From contig JBKQWE010000025.1 of the NCBI GenBank assembly GCA_052139675.1, positions 4,303-68,302 of the forward strand: DNA of 64,000 nt, read 5' to 3'. The notes beneath the pieces are model-generated. The model searched no databases, was not told the origin of the DNA, and saw only the letters and a list, made by a program, of their open reading frames with translations. Positions 48,866 through 58,696 of this stretch are shown one piece after another (within the stretch, counting starts at the first letter, position 1; each line of letters opens with the position of its first letter). The position numbers were made by a program, and so were the translations under genes. Origin of the DNA: Candidatus Brocadiia bacterium. GTDB lineage: Bacteria > Planctomycetota > Brocadiia > CAIUPP01.

Positions 48866-49867
48866 TCAGCCGCGCCACGGCAGCATCGCGCAGAGAGCCA
48901 GCAGGTTCTCTCGCGGCGTGCCGGAGGGGATTTCGCAGCCGGCGTTGACCAGGTACGGATTGCCCACCGCCTCGTAGGTCTGCCGCATGGCCGATGCGAT
49001 CTCCTCGGGAGCGCCGTAACGCACCGTCAGGGGATTGATGTTCCCGGCCAGCGCAACCTTCGCGCCGACCGCCCGGCGCGCAACCTGCATGTCCACCATG
49101 TGGTCCACGTCCAGCACGTCCGCGCCGAGGTCGGCAATGCCCGGGAGCAGATGGGTGATGTTCCCGCAGATGTGCAGGCGCACGAGCGCGCCCATCTTCT
49201 GCACTTCCTTGACGAGGAGCCTCTCCCGCGGCTGGATCAGCCGCGCGTAGACCGAGGGCGAAACCTGGCTGGCGATGGCGTCGCCGATGCCGATGGTATC
49301 CGCGCCGGCCTCCACTTGCACCCGCGCGAACGCGACCGCCGCCTCCACGCACCGGTCCATCAGCGCGCCTGAATATCCCTCGTCGTCCATCAGGTCCGTG
49401 AGAAAATTCATCACGTTGCGCAGGTCGGCCGCCTCCGCCGCCGGACCCTCGATCCATCCGAGGATCGAGCGCCGCCCGCCGACGCGCGACTTGTACGCGC
49501 GGACGGCGTTCACGCGGTCCAGCATCCGCGCCGAGCGCAACGGATCGGGACGAGGCAGCGCGGAGAAATCCCTGCGGTCTTCCAGCGGATGACGCTCGCA
49601 CCGGGGCACGCCGTCCCGCTCGAAGATGATCCGCGCGCCGAAGCCCTCCGTCTCGCGGTACGGATCGGAAATCGCGCTGACCTGGTCCATCCCGAAAACT
49701 TCGGCGCAATGGAGGTTGGCCTCCACCAGCACGCGATAGTCCGAAGCGAAGGCCCCGTAATTCGACCCGATGCTCTCCGCCGCAAACTGCATGAGAATGG
49801 GCACCCGCGGCACGAAGTCAACTGCTTCCCCTTTCAGCATGCACAAGTACCGATCCAAGCTCTCCAT
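48866..49867 (-). CDS. Uroporphyrinogen decarboxylase-family methyltransferase (MtaA/CmuA-like), second paralog
   Basis: VDFVPRVP, SDPYRE.EGFG, GWIEGP, AGADTIGIGD, LHICGN, AGNINP, AGCEIP. Confidence 0.88.
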   Translation of the reverse strand: MESLDRYLCMLKGEAVDFVPRVPILMQFAAESIGSNYGAFASDYRVLVEANLHCAEVFGMDQVSAISDPYRETEGFGARIIFERDGVPRCERHPLEDRRDFSALPRPDPLRSARMLDRVNAVRAYKSRVGGRRSILGWIEGPAAEAADLRNVMNFLTDLMDDEGYSGALMDRCVEAAVAFARVQVEAGADTIGIGDAIASQVSPSVYARLIQPRERLLVKEVQKMGALVRLHICGNITHLLPGIADLGADVLDVDHMVDMQVARRAVGAKVALAGNINPLTVRYGAPEEIASAMRQTYEAVGNPYLVNAGCEIPSGTPRENLLALCAMLPWRG

Positions 49868-50015
49868 GCGCTCTTTCTTCTCCCATAAGAAATTTTCGGC
49901 ACAGCGTTTGCTACGAAAATTGGATTCGTTTTTTCAAATCGTCTTTGCGCCTTATCCTCCTGCCCTTCAATCTCTTGCGACTCCCCGTAAAGCCTTGCCG
50001 CTTACGCCAGCCCTT

Positions 50016-50044
50016 CTTATACCATAATCTTTCTTATATGTCAA
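50016..50044 (-). promoter_or_regulatory. Strong sigma70-type promoter
   Basis: Minus strand TTGACA-N17-TATAAG with extended -10 TG, about 150 nt upstream of the 49867 start. Confidence 0.7.
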
Positions 50045-50240
50045 GAGTCATTCCGCTCTCAGAGAAAAATTTCTTGCTTTTCCGGTTTTTAGGCTTTCGG
50101 CAGGCAACCGCTTGATTTCGTCCTGAAGCTTGCCGCCGCCGTGCGTTGGTGATAGCATGTAGCATGCTCTTGCCGCGCAGAATCGCCGAGCCGAAAGCCC
50201 GGCTCGAAACGGCCGTCGCTGAAATCGGTGGAAGGGAACC

Positions 50241-50552
50241 ATGACCGATCCGAGCGTCCTTCAGGAAATCGTGCGCCGCATCGTGGAGGTCGCGCGGCCG
50301 GAGCGGATCATCCTCTTCGGCTCCGCCGCGCGCGGCGAAGGCGGGCGGGACAGCGACATTGATTTGCTCATCGTGAAGTCCAACGTCCACCGGCGCCGGC
50401 TCGCCATGGACCTGTACGAAGCCCTGGCGCACATTGGTCAAGCCGTGGACCTGATCGTCGTTACGCCGGAGGACATCGAAAGATACGGGAAGTCTCCAGC
50501 CCTCGTCCTGGAACCCGCGCTGCGCGAGGGAAAACTTCTTTATGCCTCCTGA
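50241..50552 (+). CDS. Minimal nucleotidyltransferase (MNT) antitoxin
   Basis: ILFGSAARG...DSDIDLLIV Pol-beta motif; about 100 aa. Confidence 0.9.
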   Translation: MTDPSVLQEIVRRIVEVARPERIILFGSAARGEGGRDSDIDLLIVKSNVHRRRLAMDLYEALAHIGQAVDLIVVTPEDIERYGKSPALVLEPALREGKLLYAS

Positions 50553-50934
50553 ACGCTTCCCGGCGGATGATCCGCGCGAGTGGTTGAGGCGCGCGAAAAG
50601 CAACCTGGCCCAGGCGCGGAGGCCCGAGGAAGCCATCTGTCTCGAGGACCTTTGCTTCCAAGCCCAGCAGGCAGCCGAAAAAGCGCTGAAAGCCCTTCTG
50701 ATCGCGCGAGGCCGCCGCCCTCCATATATTCATGACCTTGCGGCGCTGTTGAGCCTCATTGAAAAATCAGGCGAAAAAATTCCTGTCGACGTCAGACGAA
50801 TCGTCCGGCTCACGGACTACGCAGTCGAGACGCGGTACCCTGGCTTTTTTGAACCAGTCGCGGAGACAGAATACCAGGAAGCAGTCGCCATTGCCTCACG
50901 ATGCGTAGAGTGGGTTCAAAGCCTGATAAAATAA
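50542..50934 (+). CDS. HEPN-domain protein (MNT-HEPN pair)
   Basis: EWL.RAKSNL, CFQAQQAAEKALKALL, HDL..L, TRYP; overlaps MNT by 11 nt. Confidence 0.9.
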   Translation: MPPERFPADDPREWLRRAKSNLAQARRPEEAICLEDLCFQAQQAAEKALKALLIARGRRPPYIHDLAALLSLIEKSGEKIPVDVRRIVRLTDYAVETRYPGFFEPVAETEYQEAVAIASRCVEWVQSLIK

Positions 50935-51041
50935 CGAGTCATCGTTCGCAGGTCTCCTCAACGACTTCTCTCGCAAAGCTGTCAGGAACGGCTGTGTCCC
51001 CGTCTTCGTTTGCCATCTGAAATTTCCGCGCGCCGCAGTTT

Positions 51042-51067
51042 CCCAATCTCCCAATCTCCGAATCTCC
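51042..51067. repeat. Single-arm 8-nt tandem array
   Basis: CCCAATCT CCCAATCT CCGAATCT CC, same unit as 8421-8508. Confidence 0.6.
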
Positions 51068-51146
51068 ACCGCCTTGCCCTCGCGCCCATCGCCCCGTAGA
51101 ATAGCGTCGTCAGCGGAGCAGCGCGGATAACAGTCAGGAGCGCAGG

Positions 51147-52802
51147 ATGGGCAAAGCGGTCTCGATCGGGCAGTACCTGATCCGGGAGTGTCACCGCCGG
51201 GGCGCGCGGCACATGTTCGGGGTGCCGGGCGACTACGTCCTTGAGTTCGACGCGCTCGTGGAAAAAAGTCCTATCGAGTTCGTCGGCATGACGCGCGAGG
51301 ACTGCGCCGGGCTCGCGGCCGATGCCTACGCGCGGCTGCGCGGACTCGGCGTGGCCTGCGTGACTTACTGCGTCGGCGGGCTCAGCCTCACCAACGCCGT
51401 CGCCGGCGCGTGGGCGGAAAAATCGCCCGTCCTCGTCATCTCCGGCGCGCCCGGCGTGGCCGAACGCGCGCGCGACCCGCTGCTCCATCACCGCGTCCGC
51501 GACTTCTCCACCCAGCGCGATATCTTCAGCCACATCACCGTCGCCGTCGCCTCGCTCGAGGACCCGGCGACGGCGTACCAGGAGGTGGACCGCGTCCTGC
51601 ACGCCATCGAGCGCTACAAGCGGCCGGGCTTCATCGAGCTCCCGCGCGACCGCGTCCACGTCGCGCGCGCGCACCGCCGGCGCCTGCCGACGCTCGAGGA
51701 GATGACCGACGCGAACGCGCTCTCGGAGTGCATCGCCGAGGCCGTCGGAATGATCAACTCCGCGAAGCGCCCCGTGATCCTCGCCGACGCGGAAGTCCAC
51801 CGCTTCGGCCTCCAGTCCGCGCTGCTGGAGCTGGCCGCGAAGACGCGCATCCCCGTCGCCGCGACGCTCCTGGGCAAGAGCGTCATCTCCGAGCGCCACC
51901 CGCTCTACCTGGGCATCTACGAAGGCGCGATGGGCCGCGACGAGGTCCGGCGATACGTCGAATCCGCCGACTGCCTCATCATGCTCGGCTGCTTCATGAG
52001 CGACATCAACCTCGGAATCTTCACCGCCCGCCTCGACCCGGACCGCGCCATCTACGCCACCTCCGAGAAGCTCATGGTCCGCCGCCACCGCTACGAGAAC
52101 GTCCCGTTCCGCAGCTTCTTCAAGGCGCTGCTCAAGGCGCCGCTGCGCCGCCGCGCCGCGCCGAAATTGCCGGCGCACCCGCCGGCCTGGGGAAAAGCGC
52201 CGGCCCCGGATTCGCGCGTGACCGTGCGCGCGCTCTTCCAGGCGGTCAACGAATTCCTGGCTGACGACATGGTGGTGATCTCCGACATCGGCGACGCGCT
52301 CTTCGCCGCGGGCGACCTCACCATCCACCGGCGGACGGAGTTCCTCAGCCCGGCATATTACGCCTCGATGGGCTTCGCGGTGCCCGCCTCGATCGGCGCG
52401 CAACTGGCGAACCGGAGCCTGCGCCCGCTCGTCCTCGTCGGCGACGGCGCGTTCCTCATGACCGGGATGGAGCTGGCGACCTCCGCGCGGCGCGGCCTCA
52501 ACCCGATCGTCATCGTCCTCAACAACCACGGCTACGGCACCGAGCGGCTCATCAAGGACGGCCCGTTCAACGATATCGCCGAGTGGGAGTATTGCCGGCT
52601 GCCGGCGCTGCTCAAGAGCGGGCAGGCGTATCACGTCCGCACCGTCGCCGAACTGCATGCCGCGCTCGACGCAGCCCTGCGGAACACGAAGAGCTACAGC
52701 CTGCTCGAAGTCGAGCTCGCCGCCGGCGACATCTCGCCCGCGCTCCAGCGCCTCGGCGCGCGCCTGGCCCAGCGCGTCGAAGGCAAGGCGAAGCAGGGCT
52801 GA
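51147..52802 (+). CDS. ThDP-dependent alpha-keto acid decarboxylase (IpdC/indolepyruvate decarboxylase family)
   Basis: FGVPGDY, ADAYAR.RG, NAVAGA.AE, YYASMGFAVPA, VGDGAFLMTG.E...NNHGYGTER. Confidence 0.9.
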   Translation: MGKAVSIGQYLIRECHRRGARHMFGVPGDYVLEFDALVEKSPIEFVGMTREDCAGLAADAYARLRGLGVACVTYCVGGLSLTNAVAGAWAEKSPVLVISGAPGVAERARDPLLHHRVRDFSTQRDIFSHITVAVASLEDPATAYQEVDRVLHAIERYKRPGFIELPRDRVHVARAHRRRLPTLEEMTDANALSECIAEAVGMINSAKRPVILADAEVHRFGLQSALLELAAKTRIPVAATLLGKSVISERHPLYLGIYEGAMGRDEVRRYVESADCLIMLGCFMSDINLGIFTARLDPDRAIYATSEKLMVRRHRYENVPFRSFFKALLKAPLRRRAAPKLPAHPPAWGKAPAPDSRVTVRALFQAVNEFLADDMVVISDIGDALFAAGDLTIHRRTEFLSPAYYASMGFAVPASIGAQLANRSLRPLVLVGDGAFLMTGMELATSARRGLNPIVIVLNNHGYGTERLIKDGPFNDIAEWEYCRLPALLKSGQAYHVRTVAELHAALDAALRNTKSYSLLEVELAAGDISPALQRLGARLAQRVEGKAKQG

Positions 52803-52874
52803 TCTGCAGATGCGCGGCCGGCCACATCGGAAAAATGTCCGCGAAATGAAACGAGGCGCGCCGGGATGGATTGC

Positions 52875-55442
52875 ATGAGCCGCCATGGCGGAAACCTGCG
52901 CGAGCTGGCCCGCGACGCCGGGCGCGCGCCGGCGTCGCTTCTCGATTTCAGCGCCAGCGTCAACCCGCTCGGCCCGCCCGACTGCCTCCGCCCGACCGTC
53001 AGCCTTGCGCTCGAGCAGGTCGTCCACTATCCCGACCCGGAAAGCCATGAGCTGGTCGCCGCGATTGCGCGCCATGCGGCCGTGCCCGCGGAACAGATCG
53101 TCGTCGGGAACGGTTCGACGGAGATCCTGTTCGCCCTCGCGCGCGCAATGAAGCGCCGCCGCGCCGCGATTCCCGTGCCGTGCTATGTGGACTACGCGAC
53201 CGCCGCGCGCGAGGCGGAGATGGAAATCGCCCTGCTCGCGCTGGACGAGCGCGACGGCTTTGCGCTGGACTGGTCCACGCTGGAGAAGCGTCTGCGCGGC
53301 GGCGAGATGGTTTTTCTCGGCCAACCGAACAACCCCACCGGCCTCGCGTTCGATCCCGAAAAGTTCCGCGCATTCGCCGCCGAGCATCCGGACACGACCT
53401 TCGTCGTGGATGAGGCCTTTGCGGAGTTCGTCGCCGACTGCGCCACGCTGATGCGCGACGTCGGGGAGAACGTCGTCGTCCTGCGCTCGCTGACCAAATT
53501 TTATGCCATTCCCGGGTTGCGTCTGGGGTTCGGCGTGGCGCGCGCGGAGACGGCGGAAGCCATCCGGCGCCGCCTGCCGCCCTGGTCGGTGAATTCGCTG
53601 GCCCAGGCGTTCGGCGTGGCGGCGCTGGCCGACGCGGACTACGCGCAGCGCACGCGCGAGTACGTCCGCGCGCAGCGTGAGTCGCTGACCCAGGCGCTCC
53701 AGGAAATGCCCGGCCTGTACGTCTATCCGGGCGCGGCGAACTTCCTGCTGGTGCGCCTCAGCCGCGCCGACGTGGACGCGCCGGCGCTCGCGCGGCGTCT
53801 GCTGCAAGAGGGCATCGCCATCCGCACGTTCCCGGCAGAGCAGCACCTCGACGGCCGCTTCTTCCGCGTCGCCGTTCGCACCGAAGAGGAGAACGCGCGG
53901 CTCTGCGCGTCGCTGGGGAATCTCCTGGGCGTCGCGAAAACGCAGGCCGCTCCGCGGCGCGCCGCCGCGCTCATGTTCCAGGGGACCAGCTCCAACGCGG
54001 GCAAGAGCATCCTGACCGCGGCGCTCTGCCGGATACTCCTCCAGGACGGCGTGCGCGTCGCGCCCTTCAAGGCGCAGAACATGTCGCTCAACTCGTTCGT
54101 CACCCGCGACGGCGGCGAGATGGGCCGCGCTCAGGTCGTCCAGGCGCAGGCCTGCCGCCTGGAGCCGGACGTGCGGATGAACCCCATCCTGCTCAAGCCC
54201 AGCTCCGATACCGGCTGCCAGGTGATCGTGCGCGGAAAGGCGGTGGGCAACATGGGCGTGGCCGGGTATGATCGGTACAAGGAGCAGGCCGTCGCCGCGG
54301 TCGAGTCCTGCTACGACGCGCTGGCCGCGGAGTTCGACGCGGTGATCCTCGAAGGCGCGGGCAGTCCCGGCGAGGTCAACCTCAAGAGCCGCGACATCGT
54401 CAACATGCGGATGGCGCGCTACGCCCGGGCGCCGGTCCTGATCGTGGGCGACATTGACCGCGGCGGCGTCTTCGCCTCCTTTGTCGGCACGATGGAAGTG
54501 CTCGCGCCGTGGGAACGCGCACTGGTCGCCGGCTGGGTGGTCAACCGCTTCCGCGGCGACGCCGCGCTGCTGGGCTCCGCCCTCGACTACACCCTCGCGC
54601 ACACGGGCCGGCCCGTCTTCGGCGTGGTGCCGTATCTTGATCGGCTCGGGCTTCCGGAGGAGGACTCGGTCGAGTTCAAAGCGGGCGCGCTCGACGATCG
54701 CTCGCAGCGCGCAGAGGCGGTCGCCGTCGCCGTGGTGGACCTGCCGCACATCTCCAACTTCACCGACTTCGACGCCCTGCGCATCGAAGAGGACGTGAGC
54801 CTGCGCATCGTCCGGGCCGGCGACGAACTCGGCGAGCCGGACGCCGTCATCCTGCCCGGGAGCAAGAACGTCCTTCACGATCTCGACTACCTGCGCCGGA
54901 GCGGCCTGGCCGACCGGCTCCTGGCCCTCGCGCGCGGCGGACGGACGGAGATCGTCGGCATCTGCGGCGGGCTGCAACTCCTCGGCCGCGAGATCCGCGA
55001 CCCCGATCGGATCGAGTCCGCCGGCGGCAGCGACCTCGGCCTGGGCCTGCTGAACGCCGTGACCACGATGGCCTCCGAGAAGACGCTCGCGCGCGCGGAA
55101 GGCACGCACGTCCCGTCCGGATGCCGCGTCGTCGGATACGAGATTCATCACGGGTCTACCACGGCTGAGGGCAACGAGGTGATCCTGCGGCGCAACGATG
55201 GAGAGGCGATCGGCTTTGCCGCGAGCGATCAGCGGATTTGGGGCACGTACCTGCACGGCATCTTCGACGCCGACGCCTTCCGGCGGTGGTTCGTTGACCG
55301 CCTCCGCGCGCGGCGCGGATGGGTCCCGAAAGGCGCCGTGAGCGCGCGGTATGACATCGAGCCGGCCCTCGACCGCCTGGCGCAGGCGGTCCGCGAGAGC
55401 CTCGACATGGAGCGCATCTATCGGCTGATGCGATTGCGATGA
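52875..55442 (+). CDS. cobQ: Threonine-phosphate decarboxylase (CobD) - cobyric acid synthase (CobQ) fusion
   Basis: N-term [41 protein letters not shown]; C-term [54 protein letters not shown]. Confidence 0.93.
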   Translation: MSRHGGNLRELARDAGRAPASLLDFSASVNPLGPPDCLRPTVSLALEQVVHYPDPESHELVAAIARHAAVPAEQIVVGNGSTEILFALARAMKRRRAAIPVPCYVDYATAAREAEMEIALLALDERDGFALDWSTLEKRLRGGEMVFLGQPNNPTGLAFDPEKFRAFAAEHPDTTFVVDEAFAEFVADCATLMRDVGENVVVLRSLTKFYAIPGLRLGFGVARAETAEAIRRRLPPWSVNSLAQAFGVAALADADYAQRTREYVRAQRESLTQALQEMPGLYVYPGAANFLLVRLSRADVDAPALARRLLQEGIAIRTFPAEQHLDGRFFRVAVRTEEENARLCASLGNLLGVAKTQAAPRRAAALMFQGTSSNAGKSILTAALCRILLQDGVRVAPFKAQNMSLNSFVTRDGGEMGRAQVVQAQACRLEPDVRMNPILLKPSSDTGCQVIVRGKAVGNMGVAGYDRYKEQAVAAVESCYDALAAEFDAVILEGAGSPGEVNLKSRDIVNMRMARYARAPVLIVGDIDRGGVFASFVGTMEVLAPWERALVAGWVVNRFRGDAALLGSALDYTLAHTGRPVFGVVPYLDRLGLPEEDSVEFKAGALDDRSQRAEAVAVAVVDLPHISNFTDFDALRIEEDVSLRIVRAGDELGEPDAVILPGSKNVLHDLDYLRRSGLADRLLALARGGRTEIVGICGGLQLLGREIRDPDRIESAGGSDLGLGLLNAVTTMASEKTLARAEGTHVPSGCRVVGYEIHHGSTTAEGNEVILRRNDGEAIGFAASDQRIWGTYLHGIFDADAFRRWFVDRLRARRGWVPKGAVSARYDIEPALDRLAQAVRESLDMERIYRLMRLR

Positions 55443-56410
55443 GGCTGGAATATCAGATTCTGCTGGCTGTGCTGCTCGACCTGCTGCTCGGCGATCCGCG
55501 CTGGCGGCTGCACCCGGTGCGGCTGATCGGCTGGCTGGCGGCGCGGCTCGAGACGGCCACGCGCGCCGTCCTGCCGGCCCGCGCAGCGGGAGCGCTCACC
55601 GCGCTGGCGGTCGTCGCCGCCGCCGGCGGCGCGGCATGGGGCCTGGTGCGGCTGGCCGGCGCGATCCATCCGTATGCGGCCGACGCTATGCGCATCGCGC
55701 TGATCTACACCACCATCGCAGCGCGCGACCTGGCCCAGCACAGCATGAGCGTCTACCGCGCGCTGGTCCAGGGCGATTTGCCCGAGGCGCGCAAGCGCGT
55801 CGGCCTCATCGTCGGACGGGACACCGCCGGCCTCGACGAGCGCGGCGTCACGCGCGCAGCGGTCGAGAGCGTGGCCGAGAGCATCGTGGACGGCGTGACC
55901 GCGCCGCTCTTCTTCGCCGCGATCGCCGGGCCGGTCGGCGCCGTGGTCTACCGCGCCGTCAACACGCTCGACTCGATGTTCGGCTACAGGAACGAACGCT
56001 ACCTCCGGTTCGGTTCTGCCTCGGCGCGCCTGGACGACGCGGCGAACTTCATCCCCGCGCGATTGACCGCGCCGCTCATCTGCCTGGCGGCGTGGCTGTT
56101 GCGCGGGCAGGCAAGGCAGTCGTGGAAGGTCCTCCGGCGCGACGCGCGCAACCACACCAGCCCGAACTCCGGCTTCGCCGAGGCCGCGGTGGCCGGCGCG
56201 CTGGGCGTGCAGCTCGGCGGGCTCAACTACTATTTCGGCAAGCCCTCGCCGAAGCCGACGATCGGCGACCCGCTCGTCGAGCTGGAGAAGAGGCACATCC
56301 CCGCCGCGAACGCCTTGATGTTCGCCAGCGTCGGCTGCTGCCTGGCGGTGTTTCTGGCCGCGCGCGTCGGGATTTTATACCTGTGGGCGCAATACGGGAG
56401 CGGACGATGA
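55439..56410 (+). CDS. cbiB: Adenosylcobinamide-phosphate synthase
   Basis: [65 protein letters not shown]. Confidence 0.95.
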   Translation: MRLEYQILLAVLLDLLLGDPRWRLHPVRLIGWLAARLETATRAVLPARAAGALTALAVVAAAGGAAWGLVRLAGAIHPYAADAMRIALIYTTIAARDLAQHSMSVYRALVQGDLPEARKRVGLIVGRDTAGLDERGVTRAAVESVAESIVDGVTAPLFFAAIAGPVGAVVYRAVNTLDSMFGYRNERYLRFGSASARLDDAANFIPARLTAPLICLAAWLLRGQARQSWKVLRRDARNHTSPNSGFAEAAVAGALGVQLGGLNYYFGKPSPKPTIGDPLVELEKRHIPAANALMFASVGCCLAVFLAARVGILYLWAQYGSGR

Positions 56411-56931
56411 GCCGGGCGCGCGTGCTGCTGTTCACCGGGCGCGGCAAGGGAAAGACCACCGCCGCGCTGGGGATGGCGCTGCGCGCCTGCGGCCACGGGC
56501 TGCCGACGCTCGTCATCCAGTTCGTGAAAGCCGATGATACCGTGGGCGAGATCAAGGCCGCGCGGCATCTGCCGTCGCTGGAGATCGAGCAGTACGGCTG
56601 CGGTTTCCTTCCCGCGGCCTCCTCGCCGAAGTTCGCCGCGCACCGCGAGGCCGCGGAGCGCGCGCTGCGGCGGGCGCGCGAGGCGCTGGCCTCGGGGCGA
56701 TATGCGCTGGTCATCCTGGACGAGATTTGTTTCGCGGTCCATCGGAAACTCCTGGCCGAAGCGGCGGTCTGCGCGCTGGTGAAATCGGCCCCGGCCTCGT
56801 GCATCCTGGCGCTCACCGGCCGCGGCGCGTCGCGGAAACTGCAGGCGCTGGCGGACACCGTCACGGAGATGCGGTGCATCAAGCACGCCCTGCGCGCCGG
56901 CCGGCCGGCGCAAAAGGGGGTTGAGCGATAA
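56407..56931 (+). CDS. cobO: Cob(I)alamin adenosyltransferase (CobO/BtuR type)
   Basis: FTGRGKGKTTAALG.ALRA.GHG, QFVK, VILDEI, LTGR, ADTVTEM, KGVE. Confidence 0.93.
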   Translation: MSRARVLLFTGRGKGKTTAALGMALRACGHGLPTLVIQFVKADDTVGEIKAARHLPSLEIEQYGCGFLPAASSPKFAAHREAAERALRRAREALASGRYALVILDEICFAVHRKLLAEAAVCALVKSAPASCILALTGRGASRKLQALADTVTEMRCIKHALRAGRPAQKGVER

Positions 56932-56984
56932 GCGCTCGCCGCCGGAGCGGCGCGACGGACGGACGCCGGCGCGAAAGGTTCGAC

Positions 56985-58487
56985 TTGGAGAAGAAGACCC
57001 GCAACTTGGCGTGGCTGGTCGCCCTTGAGGCGTTCCTGTGCCTGGCGCTCTGGCCGATCTGGTCGGAGCGGTTCCCGCCGATGCAGGACTACCCGCAGCA
57101 CCTCTTGCAGGCGCAGATGCTCCGCGTCCATGACCGGCCCGGTTTCGACTACAACCGGAATTTCGTCTTCCACCTGCGCCCGACCTACGCCGCCTTCACT
57201 TTGGCGACGCTGTTCTTCTCCACCGTGGCGCCGATCGAGGTCGCGGGGAAACTGGCGCTTTCGCTCTACCCGGTCCTGATCGCGGTCGTGGTATTTCGGC
57301 TGGGAAGGCGCTTCGGCGGGCGCGGCGCGCCGTGGGGCGCCTTGCTGTTTTTTCCGACGGCGTTCAACCAGCAGTACTTCCTCGGCAACACCAATTACCT
57401 GCTGTCGCTGCCGCTCCTGGTCCTGGCGCTGATGGATTTCGAGGACCTGCTCGCGGGCCCATTGAGCGCGTGGCCGGCGCTGCGGCAATTGCTCTGGCAG
57501 GCCGTTTTGTTCATCGCCCACCCGTTCACTTTCCTGGCGTACGTCTGCCTGGCGCTCGTGGCCGCCTTCGCGGCGCGGGATAAGAAAGAGGGCTTGAGGG
57601 GCAAGCTGCTGCTCGTGATGGCCGGCGCGTTGCTGCTCTTCGCCGCCGCATGGATTGACAGCGTCGCGGCGTCGGTCCCGAAGGCGGCCGCCGGCGCGGA
57701 GATGCAATGGTCGCCGCTGAAATTGACGCTGACGTTCTTCGCCCTGATGTTCAACGGCATGCAGTGGTCGCGCGGCGCGCAGCCGGTCCCGCTGGTGTTG
57801 TGGGGCGGCGCGTTCGCCATCGTGCTGGCCGCCGCGATCTCGCGGTGGAAAGAGTGCGGGGAGGCTCTGCGCCGGCGCGCCGTGCTGCTGGTCCCGGTCA
57901 TCATCGCCATGTGCGTCCTGCCGTCCCATGCCGGGACGTTCACTTTCATCAACCTGCGGGTGGCGGCCATCGTTTACTTCCTCCTGGCGCTGGCGGCGGC
58001 GGAGGTGGAATTCAGAGGGCCGTGGAAGTACGCGCTGGCCGTGCTGCTGGCGCTGACCATGGCGGATTCCATCGTGCGGCAGGAGCGCATCTCAGCCGAG
58101 GTCGGCGAGATCGCGCCGGTCGTCGCCCGGATCCCGCCGAACTCGCGCATCCTTCCGCTGGTCTTCGACGCGAGCTCGGCCGAACTGGAGCCCGGCTTCT
58201 TCGACGCGCACCTGCACGACCACGATTATTATCACCTCCTCGTCGGCGGCGGGTACAATCCCTATTTCTTCGAAGCGCCGGTCCTTCCGGCGCACTACCG
58301 AAAAGGCGCCGAGCGGCCCGCGCCGGGCGAATACAACCCCTGGGGCTTTTCCTGGGAGAAGCATTCCTCGGACTACCAGTACTTCCTCGCACGCGGTGCC
58401 CCGGAATCGTTCAAGTCCTACATCGCGCGCCGATGCGTCGAGGTGGCCGCGTCGGGCGAGTGGACGCTGTATGAGAGACGGCGGTAA
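56985..58487 (+). CDS. Multi-pass membrane protein, possibly GT-C-type transferase
   Basis: PPMQDYPQHL after the first TM, many TM helices, soluble C-terminal domain; TTG start. Confidence 0.6.
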   Translation: MEKKTRNLAWLVALEAFLCLALWPIWSERFPPMQDYPQHLLQAQMLRVHDRPGFDYNRNFVFHLRPTYAAFTLATLFFSTVAPIEVAGKLALSLYPVLIAVVVFRLGRRFGGRGAPWGALLFFPTAFNQQYFLGNTNYLLSLPLLVLALMDFEDLLAGPLSAWPALRQLLWQAVLFIAHPFTFLAYVCLALVAAFAARDKKEGLRGKLLLVMAGALLLFAAAWIDSVAASVPKAAAGAEMQWSPLKLTLTFFALMFNGMQWSRGAQPVPLVLWGGAFAIVLAAAISRWKECGEALRRRAVLLVPVIIAMCVLPSHAGTFTFINLRVAAIVYFLLALAAAEVEFRGPWKYALAVLLALTMADSIVRQERISAEVGEIAPVVARIPPNSRILPLVFDASSAELEPGFFDAHLHDHDYYHLLVGGGYNPYFFEAPVLPAHYRKGAERPAPGEYNPWGFSWEKHSSDYQYFLARGAPESFKSYIARRCVEVAASGEWTLYERRR

Positions 58488-58500
58488 GATATCAGTGACC

Positions 58501-58650
58501 GTGGGGCTGTTGAAAAATGCTCCTTGTCATTCCCGCGCAAGCGGGAATCCAGAAGCGCGCCGAAACGCTGGATTCCCGCTTACGCGGGAATGACCGAGTG
58601 GAGATGCGCAGCGGACTTGGCGCGTCCTACGCCTTTTTCAACAGCCCCAC
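58501..58650. mobile_element. 150-bp MITE-like element with a nested dRS3-like REP hairpin
   Basis: 17-bp perfect terminal IR GTGGGGCTGTTGAAAAA/TTTTTCAACAGCCCCAC; inner GTCATTCCCGCGCAAGCGGGAATCCAG/CTGGATTCCCGCTTACGCGGGAATGAC. Confidence 0.65.
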
Positions 58651-58696
58651 CGTCCGGGTTCATGGCGATTTTTGAGATCTTTCACGCGAGAGGCGC

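Noticed and set aside
52803-52874. Cobalamin riboswitch before cobD-cobQ
   Set aside because: Gap is about 70 nt and lacks the B12-box
50982-55256. 1424-aa minus-strand ORF, and similar long ORFs at 43673-46105 (+), 12330-14783 (-), 2343-4250 (-) and 27116-29215 (-)
   Set aside because: Shadow ORFs antisense to well-supported genes; expected in high-GC DNA and lacking recognisable motifs
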